From Octopus vulgaris (taxonomy: Eukaryota): 64,000 bases of DNA. The translations under genes and the position numbers were made by a program. The stretch's first letter is position 1; every line of letters starts with the position of its first letter. The notes under the pieces are model-generated. The model worked only from the letters and a program-made list of their open reading frames with translations. It did no database searches and was not told the origin of the DNA. Location of the stretch: NCBI GenBank assembly GCA_951406725.2, contig OX597830.1:29636001-29700000 (forward strand), given 5' to 3'. Below, in pieces: positions 40,802 through 56,024 of this stretch.

Positions 40802-40864
40802 GCCATAAGCCGTTACTCTTCAGTTTCCTCAGATATGCGCTTCGTCAGATGGCCGCGATATGGC
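40802..40864 (-). ncRNA. Type I hammerhead with extended, bulged helix I
   Basis: Minus strand GCCATA tcgc GGCCAT-CTGACGA-agCGCA tatc TGAG-GAAA-CT gaag AG-TA-ACGGCT TATGGC. Confidence 0.75.
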
Positions 40865-41433
40865 AGACTAAAAGGCAATAATTATACTGATGTGCGTATG
40901 CATGTGATCATGTGTATGTACGTGCGTGTACAGATATTTTCGTAAACATGAAGCATCCCGTTTTCTTCGTTTGCTCTTATTCACTTAATTTGCAATTTAT
41001 TCGAAACAAAGAACTGTTACAGGTATTATAAATGTATTAACTTTCTATTATTTCTCTCTGGCTGCTTCTCGATCAGGTTGGGCGTGTAAGTTACATATTA
41101 ATCTAAATTTCATTTCATGTCATTCTCTAATTGCGTTTCATATACAAACAGCACCAGTATTTGAATGTGCCTGTGTGTGGGGGGGGTTGTGTGTGTTTCG
41201 CGTGTGTGCGTACGTGTGTACACGTAAATATGTGTTTTGCGTGTGTATTGCATTTCTTAATGTCCTGTATCAATCTCTCTATTTATCTTCATACCTATCT
41301 CAGTTTGTCTAAAGTTATGTATATATATATACATATATATATATATATACATATATATATATGTATATGTGTGTGTGTGTTGTATATATATATAGATATA
41401 TATATATGCATATCTATCTAGCTATCTATCTAC

Positions 41434-41474
<41 letters not shown>

Positions 41475-41476
<2 letters not shown>

Positions 41477-41620
41477 GGAGTAAACACATAAATGTGACAC
41501 AAGGTGGAAAAAAGAGTACTCAAATACCAGTGGTAGAATAATATGCCTTTATTTAAACCAGCAGAAAATTCAACAAAACCTGTTATAGGTTTTGTTGAAT
41601 TTTCTGCTGCTTTAAATAAA

Positions 41621-41621
<1 letters not shown>
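41475..41621 (-). mobile_element. Inverted second copy of the 39969-40181 element with collapsed centre
   Basis: 41475-41586 is the reverse complement of ~40073-40181 and folds back at cctgttatagg. Confidence 0.85.
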
Positions 41622-41668
<47 letters not shown>

Positions 41669-41688
41669 GTAAGTGTGTGTGTGTGTTT

Positions 41689-41722
<34 letters not shown>

Positions 41723-42359
41723 TATCTATCTAGCTAGCTAGCTACCTGTATATATATATATATATTTATATATACTCAAATTGGTATAATGTATAGGCAC
41801 TTGTATGTGTATCACCTTCTTCAACAATCTTTCTAATTCTCCCCTTTATATAAATACATGGTGAAACTCGCGGACACATATCTATCTATCCACTTTCTCC
41901 GTCTGTTCGTAAATGTACATATATATGTGTGTTTGATTATGTGTATGTGTGTGCGTGTGCGCGTGTGTGTGTATGTATACACACACATACATACACACAA
42001 GCACATATATATATATATATAAAACAGAGAAGACAAGCGGACAGACAGACAATCAGAGAGACAGAACGATAGTAGATATGTAGGCAGAAAATGGTCAAGC
42101 GTACATACATGCTTCAAAGATGTATCCTTACGCACGTACGTACTATTTTTAGTTGCCTAGGTGGTATCACTAATGCCTTTTATTTTTATACCATTTTTTC
42201 TTTTGTATATGTTTTATTGAATTGTATCGCTTGTTTTTCTTTGTCTTCTTTTCTTTTCATTTAGGTTATTTCTTTCTGGCATAGTCACAGTTAATCCAGA
42301 CATCTTGATCGTTACTCGTTGCATTTCTGGCGAAATTCTTTCTCTTAACGAAACAAAAT

Positions 42360-42436
42360 AAATATATTTATGCATATATACATGTATACATACATACAAC
42401 ATATATATGCATATGTATGTGGATATATATATATAC

Positions 42437-42469
<33 letters not shown>

Positions 42470-42676
42470 CAGATAGACAGAGACAGCGAGAGAAAGAGAG
42501 AGATTCATAGGTAGACAGAAACAGAGAGACTGACAGACAGAGAAACAGATGGACAGACAGACAGATAGATAGACAGATAGACTGAAAGAGAGACAGACAA
42601 ACAGACAGAGAGATAGATAGATAGATCGATAGATACATGCATACATACATACAGATGAACAGAGAGACGGATAGAT

Positions 42677-42719
<43 letters not shown>

Positions 42720-43294
42720 TAGATAGGCAGATAGATAAATAGATAGACTGATACATATATACATAGATGCATACATTAGTATAGACATATGTACATATAT
42801 TATGAATATATATATATATGAGAACGCTTGTATATGTGCGCCTGCGTACATCTATCGATTATTCCGTGCTTGAACAATGCATTTTTTTGTTTCCCTTTTT
42901 GACCTTCATCCATTCCCTGTATATTTATATATTACATTTTATCCTTCTTTTCACACATATCATTATCATTATCTCCTTCTCTCTTATTTTTTTCTTTTCA
43001 AAATTTCTTTTATATACCATTATTTTCCTCTTTTTGCTGAAACACATATCAGTGTCACACATCTTTCTCACTCCTTATCTCTTCCTCGTGTCCTTTTTCT
43101 ATGCGATTAAATGTACACATGCATGTATTTACACATGAATACAAACACACACACATACACACACACACGCGCACACACACATACATATATACATACATAT
43201 ACATACACATATATAAATATATATATACATATATACGTAGATAGATGCAGATATATATGCATATATATATATACACACACACATATATATATGA

Positions 43295-43356
<62 letters not shown>

Positions 43357-43415
43357 GTATTTGCATGTATATATGCAGACGCATAAAATATATATATATA
43401 TGTATACACACATAC

Positions 43416-43448
<33 letters not shown>

Positions 43449-43711
43449 TGCATATATGCATATATATATACATGTATTTATGTATGTATATACATACATG
43501 TATGTGTATATATATATATATTTATATTTTATTTATGTATGTATATACATACATGTATATATATATATATATATATGTATGTATATATATATATGTATAT
43601 ATGTATATATACATATACATATATGTATATATATACATACATGCATATATATGCATATATATATGTACTTATATACATGTATATATGCAGTCGCATCATC
43701 TATACACAACA

Positions 43712-43773
<62 letters not shown>

Positions 43774-43790
43774 AATTCTAACATATACAC
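42360..43790. repeat. Compound (GA)/(GACA)/(GATA)/(TA)/(CA) microsatellite region
   Basis: Direct reading. Confidence 0.9.
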
Positions 43791-44156
43791 ACATACGTAC
43801 GTAGAACTGAAGACGATATCTCATCACCTATCAATTTAAGATCAGCTAATTTAGACAACTTGCGACAATATCTCTGTTGCCTGAGGTACTGAGCATCATT
43901 GATGTCATCACGTGTTCAAGTAGTCCGTGAAAATCCGGTGAAAATTTTATATTCTTTGAATGTTTACTCGAAATAATGAATGCTTTCTGCAAGAATTTGT
44001 GAAGAAGAGCCATGTTTCGTTACAATTATTCTTACCTGTGATCCGCATACCTCAGTAATTAATTCTATATTAAGAAATATTTTCCTTTGCTAATGCAATA
44101 TTCAGTATACACTGCTAAGGACGAATTCATTCACAAATAAATGCGATTGCACTAAT

Positions 44157-44290
<134 letters not shown>

Positions 44291-45161
44291 TTCTGGTTTT
44301 CTAGGTTTTTGGAGCATGTGCAATGACCCCCTTAACCACTGTTTTCTCAGTTCTGCTTGGACCCAGATTAACAGCAACTATCAGGATACCTCCTTTGGTT
44401 TAATCAGTATATATGATTGCAATCCATCTGAGCACAGGGACTCACATATATTTTCAATTTGTATCAGGGTTTGTAATAAGACGACAAGATGCGAGCTGCC
44501 CTGCTGTTGTCACAGCAACATAATAGGAGGGGCACATTCTGATACAAAACCTGTGATTTCACGTGGTCACGGTTCACCTCGCTTCAGCCTGTCACTATGT
44601 ACAAAACACTGAAATTCAGAGAGTGGCACTACAACGATACAATCAATTATCACTGTAATCCAATGACGCACAGATGTCTCTTTACTGAGATCCTATACGT
44701 TATTCCTGCTACTAAATATCCCATGGGAATGGAAATGAAGTGACGTGCGCCGATGCAACCGTTTGGAAGTGCACAGTAAGTTACAACGCTCGTCTCTCAC
44801 CTATGATCTAAATGCTGATGGAAACCAACCACAAAATACCAAGTGAAACTCAGTGTATATAACGAATTATCTTACTTAAAACATGACACCTGACAGAATG
44901 CAGCATACAAATGTGGATGGAACACAAGTAGCTGTACAATATTCCACTCAAAAGGGATAGATGCCGGATGATTCGAAACAATTGTTGTGTTGAATAAAGA
45001 TACTTGCTAACTTCATTTACCGCTTCCCTCATTCATTTTAAACTCAAAGTACACCGCGGAATTCCTGTCGTAAATCCAGTGACAATTATATCAATGACAG
45101 TGTAAGTACTTTTATTGGCATAGTGCTACACATATACCTAAAGCCCAAATATACATATGTA

Positions 45162-45239
<78 letters not shown>

Positions 45240-45268
45240 CCTACCTATTATCTATCTATCTGCCTATG

Positions 45269-45573
45269 TATAAATACAGTGTACATTTAAACACATGAGG
45301 TATCCTTGATAGGATTCCTTTTTCGCTAGAAGGAACAGCTAAAGTCCAAAGATAAAAGCTCTAAGGGAATAAAAAATAAAAACATATATCATCTATTTCC
45401 TGGACCATGGTTTCTGACTTTTTTTAGCAAAGAAAATAATTTGCTAGGTGAAGTCTTCATTCCCTTCGAGTTTTTATCCCTAATAGTGGTTTTGACTTTA
45501 GCTGTCCCTTCTAGCGTGAAAGGAATCATATGAAGGATACATCTTAGGTATTTAAATGCACACTGTATTTATA
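45269..45573. mobile_element. Fold-back/MITE-like element with ~75-bp inverted arms
   Basis: tataaatacagtgtacatttaaa...ctagaaggaacagctaaagtc matches gactttagctgtcccttctag...tttaaatgcacactgtatttata. Confidence 0.75.
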
Positions 45574-45683
45574 TGAATAATATACAGTCTATTGACTAAT
45601 ATTTCTACACACTAGGCCACAGGTAGTAAAATTTCTAAAATCTTTATTAAACTGATATTATTAAGTATTGATATCTGCATATG

Positions 45684-45798
<115 letters not shown>

Positions 45799-46609
45799 TC
45801 ACACGCAAGCAGGCGCACATGCACATACACACGCCCGCGTACACATGAATAAAAAGCAACTTAAAGAATCGTGAGATATATGCGGAGGAACAACATAAAG
45901 AACACGCGGCTTAATCTCACTCCCCTGAAACCAGTTCTCAACTAGGGTATGGGTGGGAATGTTCCTCTCCTCGGACATGTGTGTCGATCGATTGAAATTA
46001 CACATATATTGTCCTTCTCACTAATCTCTTTAGAATCTAGATGGCGGTCAACAGATTTCGCCTCACGTTTTCACATTGTTATTGACGCAATGGCAAAACT
46101 TCGAAGAAACCTTGTCTTTAGATGCTACTTTATAAAACATAACTTCAGCAGGTTTTTAACTAATCGATGTAAAGGAAATTACTATGATATACACAAATGA
46201 AATGACCTGAGGCCGTTTAACAATAGTGAAGAACAGGTGGTATTTAATGAATTGTTCTTAGTGAACAAATAACTATTTTGTCTGCAGAATATAGCTTAAT
46301 GTATAGGGACATCAACTGAAGTAGGTTTTAATAAAATCAGACTTAGGAACATATATGTTATTTCAAACACTTTATCTTTTCTTATGCGTTTATTCCCACA
46401 GGTTTACTATAGTGAAATACGTAAGAGGTTTCATACAAAACACCACGACGGAGAGAGCAACCTCATAAACCTATCTATTAAAGACACAAAGGAAATCATA
46501 GGTTGAGAATATATATATATATATATATATATAAGAAAATAAATTAGAAGTAGGAAATATGTTATTTACGGGTATGGACAAAATTCGTATCTAATTGCCA
46601 TTAAGATAG

Positions 46610-46653
<44 letters not shown>

Positions 46654-46672
46654 ACGTATGTATGAATGTAGG

Positions 46673-46737
<65 letters not shown>

Positions 46738-46755
46738 ATGTATGTATATATATAT

Positions 46756-46829
<74 letters not shown>

Positions 46830-46938
46830 TTTTCTTATGATGTATGTATGTATGTATAAGTATAAATGTGTATGTATTTGTGTCGTGTGTTTTTGTGTGC
46901 AAGTGTATGTTAGTATGTGATATATGATATATATATTA

Positions 46939-46995
<57 letters not shown>

Positions 46996-48174
46996 GTATA
47001 AGTATAAATGTGTATGTATTTGTGTTCGTGTGTTTTTGTGCGTGCAAGTGTGTACGTGTGTACGTGTTTCAGTGTATCTGTCTCTCATCAGTCAAACATT
47101 TTCGCTTACCTATATGTAACGTATGATAGACATAAAATATGATACTCGAAAGCAAAATATGATCCTTATATGTTTAATTAGCTATTGAACTATGTACTCT
47201 TAGGTTTAATTTTTCTTAATTTCGAAATTTGCTATCGTCAGCTAATGTATACGATCAGTGAAATTAGGAATAAGCTAAGTACTATTCCAAGCTCATCTAC
47301 ATCGCCTGTAACTTTAACCTGTCAAGCTGGTTTGAATACTTTTCTGTAACAACAATTCTCACTTAGAAACGTCGATGGATACAACAGCAAATGCTGCAGG
47401 ACATACTAGAGAAATTTGTCCTACTGTGTCTTATCGTACCGTACTTCTAGAAGTATTCAGAAGAATACATCGACCAGTTTCAACAACAGCTGTCTAGTGA
47501 TCAAATTTGCTGTCGTTATCGTCATGTAATGGATGCGCGTAGTTTAGTGGTTGGACTCATGATCGTAAGATTGCGGTTTCGATTACTGAACTTGTCGACG
47601 CATTGTGTTCTTGAGCAAAACACTTCATTTCCCATTGCTCCAGTTCACTCAGCTGGCAAAAATGAGTAATCCTGCAACAGACTCGTGTAGAATTTATACT
47701 CCATGGAACTCTGTCGTATGCGACTATATGACTCGAGAAGGAACTTTACTTTTGTTATCATCATGTAATAATGTATTTAGTTATGTATAAAGCAAATGAA
47801 AAATTTTGAACCAAATAAATCATTAGTTGTTAGTATTGCTGCTATTTAGCTTCATATCTACTTATATTAGGTGTACTTATGGGATTAATAAAAAAAATGT
47901 TTTGCTTTCATTACACTGTGTATAGTTAATATTGCAATGTAGAATGAATGGGTTCTTCCTTTCTTTAAGTTGTTGGGATATGAATTGGGATTCATATGGC
48001 TGATTTGTAGAGCAAACCTGGGGAGTGTGCTTCTATGGCTCAAGTTGCTTGCTTTAAACAGTGTTGGGTTATACTCTTGGACTGCGTGGCGTGGTGTATC
48101 TTTGAGCAAAGCGCTACATTTCACGTTGCTCCCGTCTACTGGGGATGAAAATATGTATGGGCTTCTTGATGGTG

Positions 48175-48251
48175 CAATCCTTTCTCTCCTCAGCAACCCT
48201 TTCTCTCCTCAGCAACCCTTTCTCTCCTCAGCAACCCTTTCTCTCCTCAGC
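48175..48251. repeat. 19-bp minisatellite, about 4 copies (ccctttctctcctcagcaa)
   Basis: Direct reading. Confidence 0.9.
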
Positions 48252-50737
48252 CGCTACATCTTCGATGGTCTACAGGCAGGAAGCAATGTCTGCTGATGAC
48301 TAATTTGGCACCTTAAAGAATTACAAAAAGTATGATAGATAACACCTGGTCATATGCACTAGAACATGGAGGCCATGATGATTTTTAAAATTAAATAGAG
48401 GTAAAATTCATCTTATGTGTATTGCCATTTTAGGTGGCGATAATCGTAAACGCTTCAACCAAAATATTCAATGGCATTTCTTCCAACACTTCTCTTCCAG
48501 AGTTCATATACCGTCGAGGTCGATTGTGACTTCCATCTTTTTTGAGAAAATAAGGTAAGAAGCAGAGCTTCTCAAAATTGCTGACCTTGTGTCAAAATTT
48601 GAAAGAATTTTGTTTATTGATATTCTTTCACTTATTCCCAAATGTGTAAATCATCACCGGGGTTTCAAAATTAAAGTCTCGGAAGACGAAACTAAACAAT
48701 ATCAGGTATGAATCGTGTGTTTACTTGCTTTTCTACCGCTCGATCTCTACTACGCGAAGTAAATGGGAGAGTCTCCCTATGCAGTCATCTGAGATACTTT
48801 AAATAGTCTTAATCTTATCTAATATATAGCCTTGTGTTTATGCAAAAAAAAAACATTAAGAAATAGAACAGTGGTATATAACGTTATGTGCATATTTGAA
48901 ATGGCTACCATGTCTCGAACATGAGTTCGTAGTGTCAGTTATATTCACATATCATGTCACAAGACATGCAAATATATATTTTAAATGATGTATTGATAAT
49001 CTTTTCTACTAAAGTTGCAAGATATGAAATTGAGGTGGGAGTCGTGGCTAATCGATCACATTACCTCCAGTGCCAAGTTATATTTATTTCATCGACCACG
49101 AAATCTGAAAAAACAAAGTCGACCTTGGTGGAATTTGAACTCAGAACGCAAGGACGGACGAAATGTCGCCAAACATTTTGTCAGGACGGACTGACGATTC
49201 TGCAAGCTTATCACCTCCTTGACTGATTAACTAATATTATATTTCAAGCCTCTTGCAGGAAGATGGCTTTGTTTTAATTTGTTTAATTGTGATACGGCAA
49301 TTTCGATGATATTTGTTATGGACTCTCGGGTGAACTCAGCTAATGGAGATGATTCGAAATTAGTAAAGAACGAATAGACAGAAACAGATTTGAATTCATG
49401 AACCGGAAACAAGTTACACAATGCAGATCTAAACTAGTGAAACCGGAAACGAATATTACAATTCATTAACTAATCGAATATGGCTACATCCATAATTTTC
49501 AAAGGCTAACTGTAGCACTCACAGTTTCTACGATCATATTTTATATTAACTCATATTTAGAGGTGAATGACTTGTAACGTTCTAATTTTTCATGCTGTCG
49601 ACGCATGTACAGTCAGTGGTGACATACCGGACAAAAATATCATTAACACTAATTTAGGTATACAGGATGCTTGTTCGTATCAAGTTTAAATGGAGAGATC
49701 AGCATGAATAACAGATTAATCTGAAACTGTATCAAAAATGCAAGTCTCTGTCAGCTGATACAAACAGCCAAGAATGTCACATTTGGAAGGTAACTCGAAT
49801 TGCTAGAAATACCAGCCCAATACGTATTCCAAGTGGATACAATTCTTCAGCCAATATGTATTCTGTCCGTCTAAAAGACGAAGCGACATTAAATAATAAG
49901 GGCTAGATCACCTATAAAAATGAAAATAAACGCCATAGCTATGGATGTCTTAACCGGAAAAAAGTAAGATAAAGTCAAGCTTGGCATATTTCGAACTAAG
50001 AAGTTAAGGAAATAAGTGGTTCTCAATTAAGTAATATAAATTTACATGTTAGCCCTCACTCGCAAGCTACAAGGACTTGTTAGCATGTACGATAATTTCA
50101 CAAATAGTTCAAGTCACTGTATAGTCGAGAGCAGAATCAGATACATGCTACGTCTTTCCTCCTTTAACGTAGCGAATCACCATGAACTGAAAACAGGCAT
50201 TCAGCTGGTAGCCATTTTAAGTTGAATACCATAATCCAACGTGAAGTGAACTATGTTAAGCAAGGATCCAAAGTGATGGACAATCTAGGGTCCTAACATT
50301 TGACATTGTGATCCAGAACCAGACATACATAACACTATTTTAATACACAGTTAAATACGAAATAAACATATTCCATTTGTAATGATACAGTTTAATAGTC
50401 CACAATACTATAATAGTAATAACACTAAGTCATGTAAGGTGTTTATACATCTATGGTAGTTAGATCATGGATCATTCATCGTTAGATGAGGTCGTGTTAA
50501 GCCCCAATTTTTTTTAATCTATAGCACTGTATTCACCGCGATAAGATCAGTGCCCTTCTACCAATGATAAAACTTTGTAATAAAACATTAATAATATGGA
50601 TTCAGTATATCAACCGAATTTCTCATAACAGTTTTTCGTGCTCTAGAACTTGTATAGTGCAAAACATTGAAATATTAAAACAAGTGGTAGTGTATATTGC
50701 TTCTTAGTGTGAGATAGTTGAAAGGATAATGTTTAGC

Positions 50738-50778
<41 letters not shown>

Positions 50779-51089
50779 AACACACGCACGGACACACACA
50801 TACATACACACAAAGACACACACACGCATGACTACACCAGTTAAACAATAAAATATGTCAGTGTGTGTGTATGTTTATATAGCAAGAGATGTATGTAGAG
50901 ATACCGGCTGATGGAAGCGGGTGTTTGAATTAACATGATGCTTTCTACATATGTATATGTATGTATATATGCATGTATGCATATATTTATGTATATATAT
51001 ATGTATATATGTATATGTATATATACATTCATATATTTTTATGAAAGTATATATTCATCTAATTATACGTACATACAATTTTATGTACG

Positions 51090-51121
<32 letters not shown>

Positions 51122-52084
51122 TGTATGTATGTATGTATGTATGTATGTATGTATGTATGTATGTATGTATGAATATCTGTATGTATATGTTAGACCGCTA
51201 TAACTATCTGCTTTTTTATGCTTTTTGTGTGTATTTATCTTATACATAATCAGTTTTAACGGTGTTTTAAAATTACGTTATTGATGTAATTGGATATATT
51301 GTTCTTCCCAGAAGGTTAAGTAACCGAAATACACATTTATTATACTTACAGAGACTGATGCTATCTACAAATTATCCGACTGTATATTTTTTTTCCTCTG
51401 AATATATATGTTTTATATGTCACGCCCTCTACTGGGACTTTTTTCTCAGTCTCTGTAATATAATCTGCCTTTTGAGTTATCTGGGTTATGGCCTTGTTCG
51501 TTTGCATTTATTCACATAATTTCCTTCCTCCGACTAAGTGACAAACCACTGTTAGTTGGTTTGTAATATTTCATGAACACCATTCTGCTGTTTGTCTAGA
51601 TAATAGTGCCAGTCTGTTTCTTAGAAAAATGACTCTGCTGGCTTTATGAGATAAGAACACATAAGTTTAAGTAATTAAACTATGCAGCATTGTTGCTAAT
51701 TTTAAAATCGTTTACGTCACTTAGACAATCTAGAATAATTTACGGTACAGTTATCTTTAAAAATAATAACACTGTCTTTCCCATTTCCATAGTTTGCGTT
51801 ACTTTTTGTTGTTGCTTTTCTTAATTGTTTTTCCTGTTTATTACTCTTTTAGTTGGTGATGGGCTCATTCCTATTCACATGGTGTTTGTTATCGCGAAAT
51901 CTTATCACATGATGGAAGAAATAAACGAAGCGAACAAGGAAAGATTACAGAGAAACAAGAATGAAAGATAGGAGAAAAGCAATTGAATTATTTCATTTAG
52001 GTAATTATAGTTAAAAACCTAAAAACACATATTATCTACTCTCTCTGATTCTCTCTTCTCTCTTTCCTATCTCTGTTCTATCCG

Positions 52085-52207
<123 letters not shown>

Positions 52208-52729
52208 CAAGCACACAGATGCGTGCCCGCAAAACTAGAACCCATTCTATTCTTAACATTTTATATCCGCTCATATTCCTTATCCTAACCATTTTCCCTT
52301 GTTTTCAGGAATCTCCTCTCATATCTCTCCATAATTCGACTGACCCAGTCTAAATGAATATGATCAGTTTCTTGGCTATTTTAGAAAGTATTATCTTCCC
52401 ACGCTGCTTCCTTCTACATTTATATTAATCGACAGTTAGGTTATTGTTGATATATTTAATTGAAGAAACATTAAAATGTTAACTGCGAATAATTAAACTC
52501 CCTAGACACAACAAAAACGTTATTAATGAAACCAAAAATATAAAATGAACACAGCACGAACATACAATATTCTTTTTGTTTCAGACATAGTGTATCTAAG
52601 AATATATTCTGAGAATATATATTTGGCTAGCAATAGTTTTAGTATGTAATTATATAATAATGAGCTTCCCGGTCATTTCATTGTTCTTTCTATCAAATCG
52701 CATGAAAAGTTCCATTAAATATTCTGTGC

Positions 52730-53130
52730 GTGCATATTCGTAAGATTTCTTCCTAAATACATGGTTCCAGGTTCAGTTCCACTAGGTTGAAGCGAGTGTC
52801 TTCTATAGCCTCGGGCAGAGCAAATCTTTGTGAGTGGATTTGACAGACGGAAACTGAAAGAGGCCCGTCGTATATATGTATATACGTATATGTGTGTGTG
52901 TGTTGTGTGTGTGTGTGAGTGTGATTGCGTGTGTGTATCTTTTTACTAGTATTTGTCCCCTACCACCGCGTGAAAATCGCTGTTGATGTGTTTACGTCCG
53001 TGTAACCTAGCAGTTCGACAAAAGTTACCGATAGAATAAGTACGAAGCTTAGCAAAAAATGAAGTACTTCTTCAAGGCGGTACTCCAGCATGGCCGCAAT
53101 CTAATGAATGAAACAGGTAAAAAGAAAAGA
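52730..53130 (+). mobile_element. SINE family B
   Basis: Similar to 25426-25825. Confidence 0.8.
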
Positions 53131-53237
53131 AAAAACACAAGTATATATATGTGTGTGTCTGTATGTATGTATTACATATATGTACATATATCTATATATC
53201 TATATATAAATATATATTTATATATATAAATATAGAC

Positions 53238-53268
<31 letters not shown>

Positions 53269-53387
53269 TATATGTCTATATTTATATACATATATATATA
53301 TAAACATATACGTATGTATATATATATATGTATATATATATAGTACGTTTAAATATTTGTTGTGCAAGAATTCGTGTGTTGAAACAG

Positions 53388-53653
53388 ATATTGTTATATT
53401 TCGAAATGGTCATATTGCCAGTTTAGCCAATAAAAACACACGCACTATATATTTGGTAGTAAGGAGAGACACAAATAAGAAAGAAGAAAACAAAGGACCA
53501 CTGATGCGGTCACAGGTGTGTGACGAAAGAACTCTGGCCGAAATAAGATTATGATTAACGTAAAAAATAAATAACACTGAAGCAAAATAACACCAAATAT
53601 ATAGCGCATGTGTTTTTATTGGCTAAACTGGCAATATGACCATTTCGAAATAT

Positions 53654-53661
<8 letters not shown>
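53388..53661. mobile_element. Fold-back element with 70-bp inverted arms enclosing a hammerhead-like motif
   Basis: 53388-53457 is the reverse complement of 53592-53661 with few mismatches; flanked by (TA)n. Confidence 0.85.
53495..53539 (+). ncRNA. Hammerhead-like motif (A9C)
   Basis: GGACCA-CTGATGC-g-GTCACA ggtg TGTGAC-GAAA-GAAC-TC-TGGCC. Confidence 0.62.
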
Positions 53662-53731
<70 letters not shown>

Positions 53732-53867
53732 GTATATATTCCCTTTCATTTCTCCTTCATTCGTTACAGTCGTCTTGAAGAGTTTAGATGAAATTATCAA
53801 CTCCAGTGCTTGATTTTGTAAACCTGGTACTTACTCGTTCGGTATCATTTGCACACACTCACGCACA

Positions 53868-53920
<53 letters not shown>

Positions 53921-54072
53921 CCTTCTTCTAGTTTCCGTCTAAGAAATCCACTGACAAGTCTTTAGTCGACCCGAGACTATATTAGAAGATAGGTGCCACA
54001 GCGGGATTGAACTCGTAACCCTGCAGTTGGGAAGCAAGCTCCTTACCACAGTGCTACGCCTATGAGTGTATC

Positions 54073-54200
<128 letters not shown>

Positions 54201-54754
54201 GCCACTGGATTCTCTCATATTCGTTCTCCCGAATACACTCACAAGACCTTCATCGAACTGAAGCTATAGCAGACGATGCTTGTCAAAGGTGCCACTCAGT
54301 AACATGTGGTTGGGAAGCACAGTTACTGAGAGAAATAAAATAAGAGAGAGTGGATGAATAAAAGAGAAAGACAAACAGAGAGAGTGAGTAGTATTTTCCT
54401 TGTTGATCAAATAAAGTGGGACAAAAGAAATTCTATCACACAGTGACAAATACTGTGAATATGATAAAATTTGCGTGATAGAAAGTGAAGAAGGAAGGTG
54501 AAGAGGAGACAGATACAGACACATAACTAGAAAAAGAGAAAGAGCAGGATTATGAAAGATAGGTGGAATGAGAAATGCAAAGGCAGAGAGGCAGAAAGGC
54601 AGTCATCAGACAAACTGTGATACGAGAAAGGAATCAGAGACAAAGAATGTTAAATAAGGAACGGGTGAAAATGAGAAAAAAGATCTTTAAAAATAAGAAA
54701 AATATATGAGAGCAGAAAACTATAGAGATAATAAGCGATGGTGATAAGGCCAAA

Positions 54755-56004
54755 CAGGAGTTGGACAGAATAATGGAAACTCCTTAAAATTTCAAATAAA
54801 TTTATTTCAATATGGGGTAGGACCGCCTTTGGCACTAATTATAGCTTGAATTCTACGAGGTTTGGATTCGTAGAAAATTTGAATTGTTTCCAAAGGAATT
54901 TTTGTCCCTTCTTCAGCTAAAACAGTCTCCAGTTCTTGTGGTGATGATGGTGGAGGATATCGATTTCTTACTTGTTTTTCTAAAATGCACTATAAAAGTT
55001 CAATAATATTGAGATCTGGGGATTGTGGTGGCCAGATAAGATATTCAACTTCACAAGAATGTACTTTGTGCTATTCAGTAACGACTTTAGCTGTGTGAAT
55101 TGGCGTATATCATCCTGAAAGATTGCGCTACCCTCTAGAAACAGTTCTGCAACAATAAGATGGATTTGGTCAGATAAAATGCATAAATAGTCTTGACTTT
55201 TAATTCTGCAATGAATTTCAAAGATATAGCCCCACCCCTCCAGATCGTCACAGATCTTCCTCCATGTTTAACATTTGGAAGAAGACAGTCTGGGTCAAAT
55301 GCTTCTTTTGGCTGTCTCCATAAGTATACTCGTCCGATGGTCAGAAATAAGATAAAGGATGACTCGTCCGATAAAATAACATTCTGCCACTGCTCTAGGG
55401 ACCAAATCTGTAGGTTCTTTACTCCACTCTAAATGCTTTGCAACGTTTGTTTTTGAAAGTAGCGGTTTTCTGATTGCAGCCCACCGTGAAATCCATCTTT
55501 GTGCAGCTCCCGGCGAACAGGTTTTGCGGAAATTGGTTTCTTGAAGTGGTCGTTAAACTGTGCAGAAATTTTAGGAGCCATACTTTTGTGATCCTTTCTA
55601 ACAATTCGCGTAAGATTCCGACAGTCTCTATCTGAAAATGTTGGTTTTCTTCCGGAGTTTTGTTTCTGAGATGTTTTCCTCTCATTTTCAAAGGCTGTCA
55701 TTACTTTCTAGACAGTACTTCTTGATACACGAAACATTTCGGTTGTTTTCGTTACGCTAGCACCTGCCATACGAGCACCAACAATTTGACCTCTTTGAAA
55801 GTCCGATAGATCTGTCATTTGAATGAATTTGAATTACGTTTTTCTGATGATATCTGTAAAGAAACAGCAATTTTAGCAAAACACATTAAGCAATAATAAT
55901 AAATCAAAAAACATAAAAATAAACAAGCTTTTGATGGCTTTATAGATATTAAAAAATTATTATCTTATGATGCTAGGTGTTTCCATTACTTTGTCCAACC
56001 CCTG
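54755..56004 (-). mobile_element. Near-full-length Tc1 DNA transposon
   Basis: TIRs caggagttggacagaataatggaaactcct / aggtgtttccattactttgtccaacccctg, TA after the right end. Confidence 0.93.
54807..55818 (-). pseudogene. Tc1 (DD34E-type) transposase pseudogene
   Basis: MTDLSDFQRGQIVGARMAGASV..., ILSDESSF, VKHGG, FQDD, WPPQSPDLNIIE, AKGGPTPY*; internal stops and frameshifts. Confidence 0.92.
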
Positions 56005-56024
56005 TATATGTATATATATACTAT

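Noticed and set aside
47050-47097. Minus-strand CTGATGA...GAAACACGTA
   Set aside because: No helix I pairing and negligible helix II.
48175-48251. Minus-strand CTGAGGA-GA-GAAA in each minisatellite unit
   Set aside because: No room for helix II; treated as coincidence.
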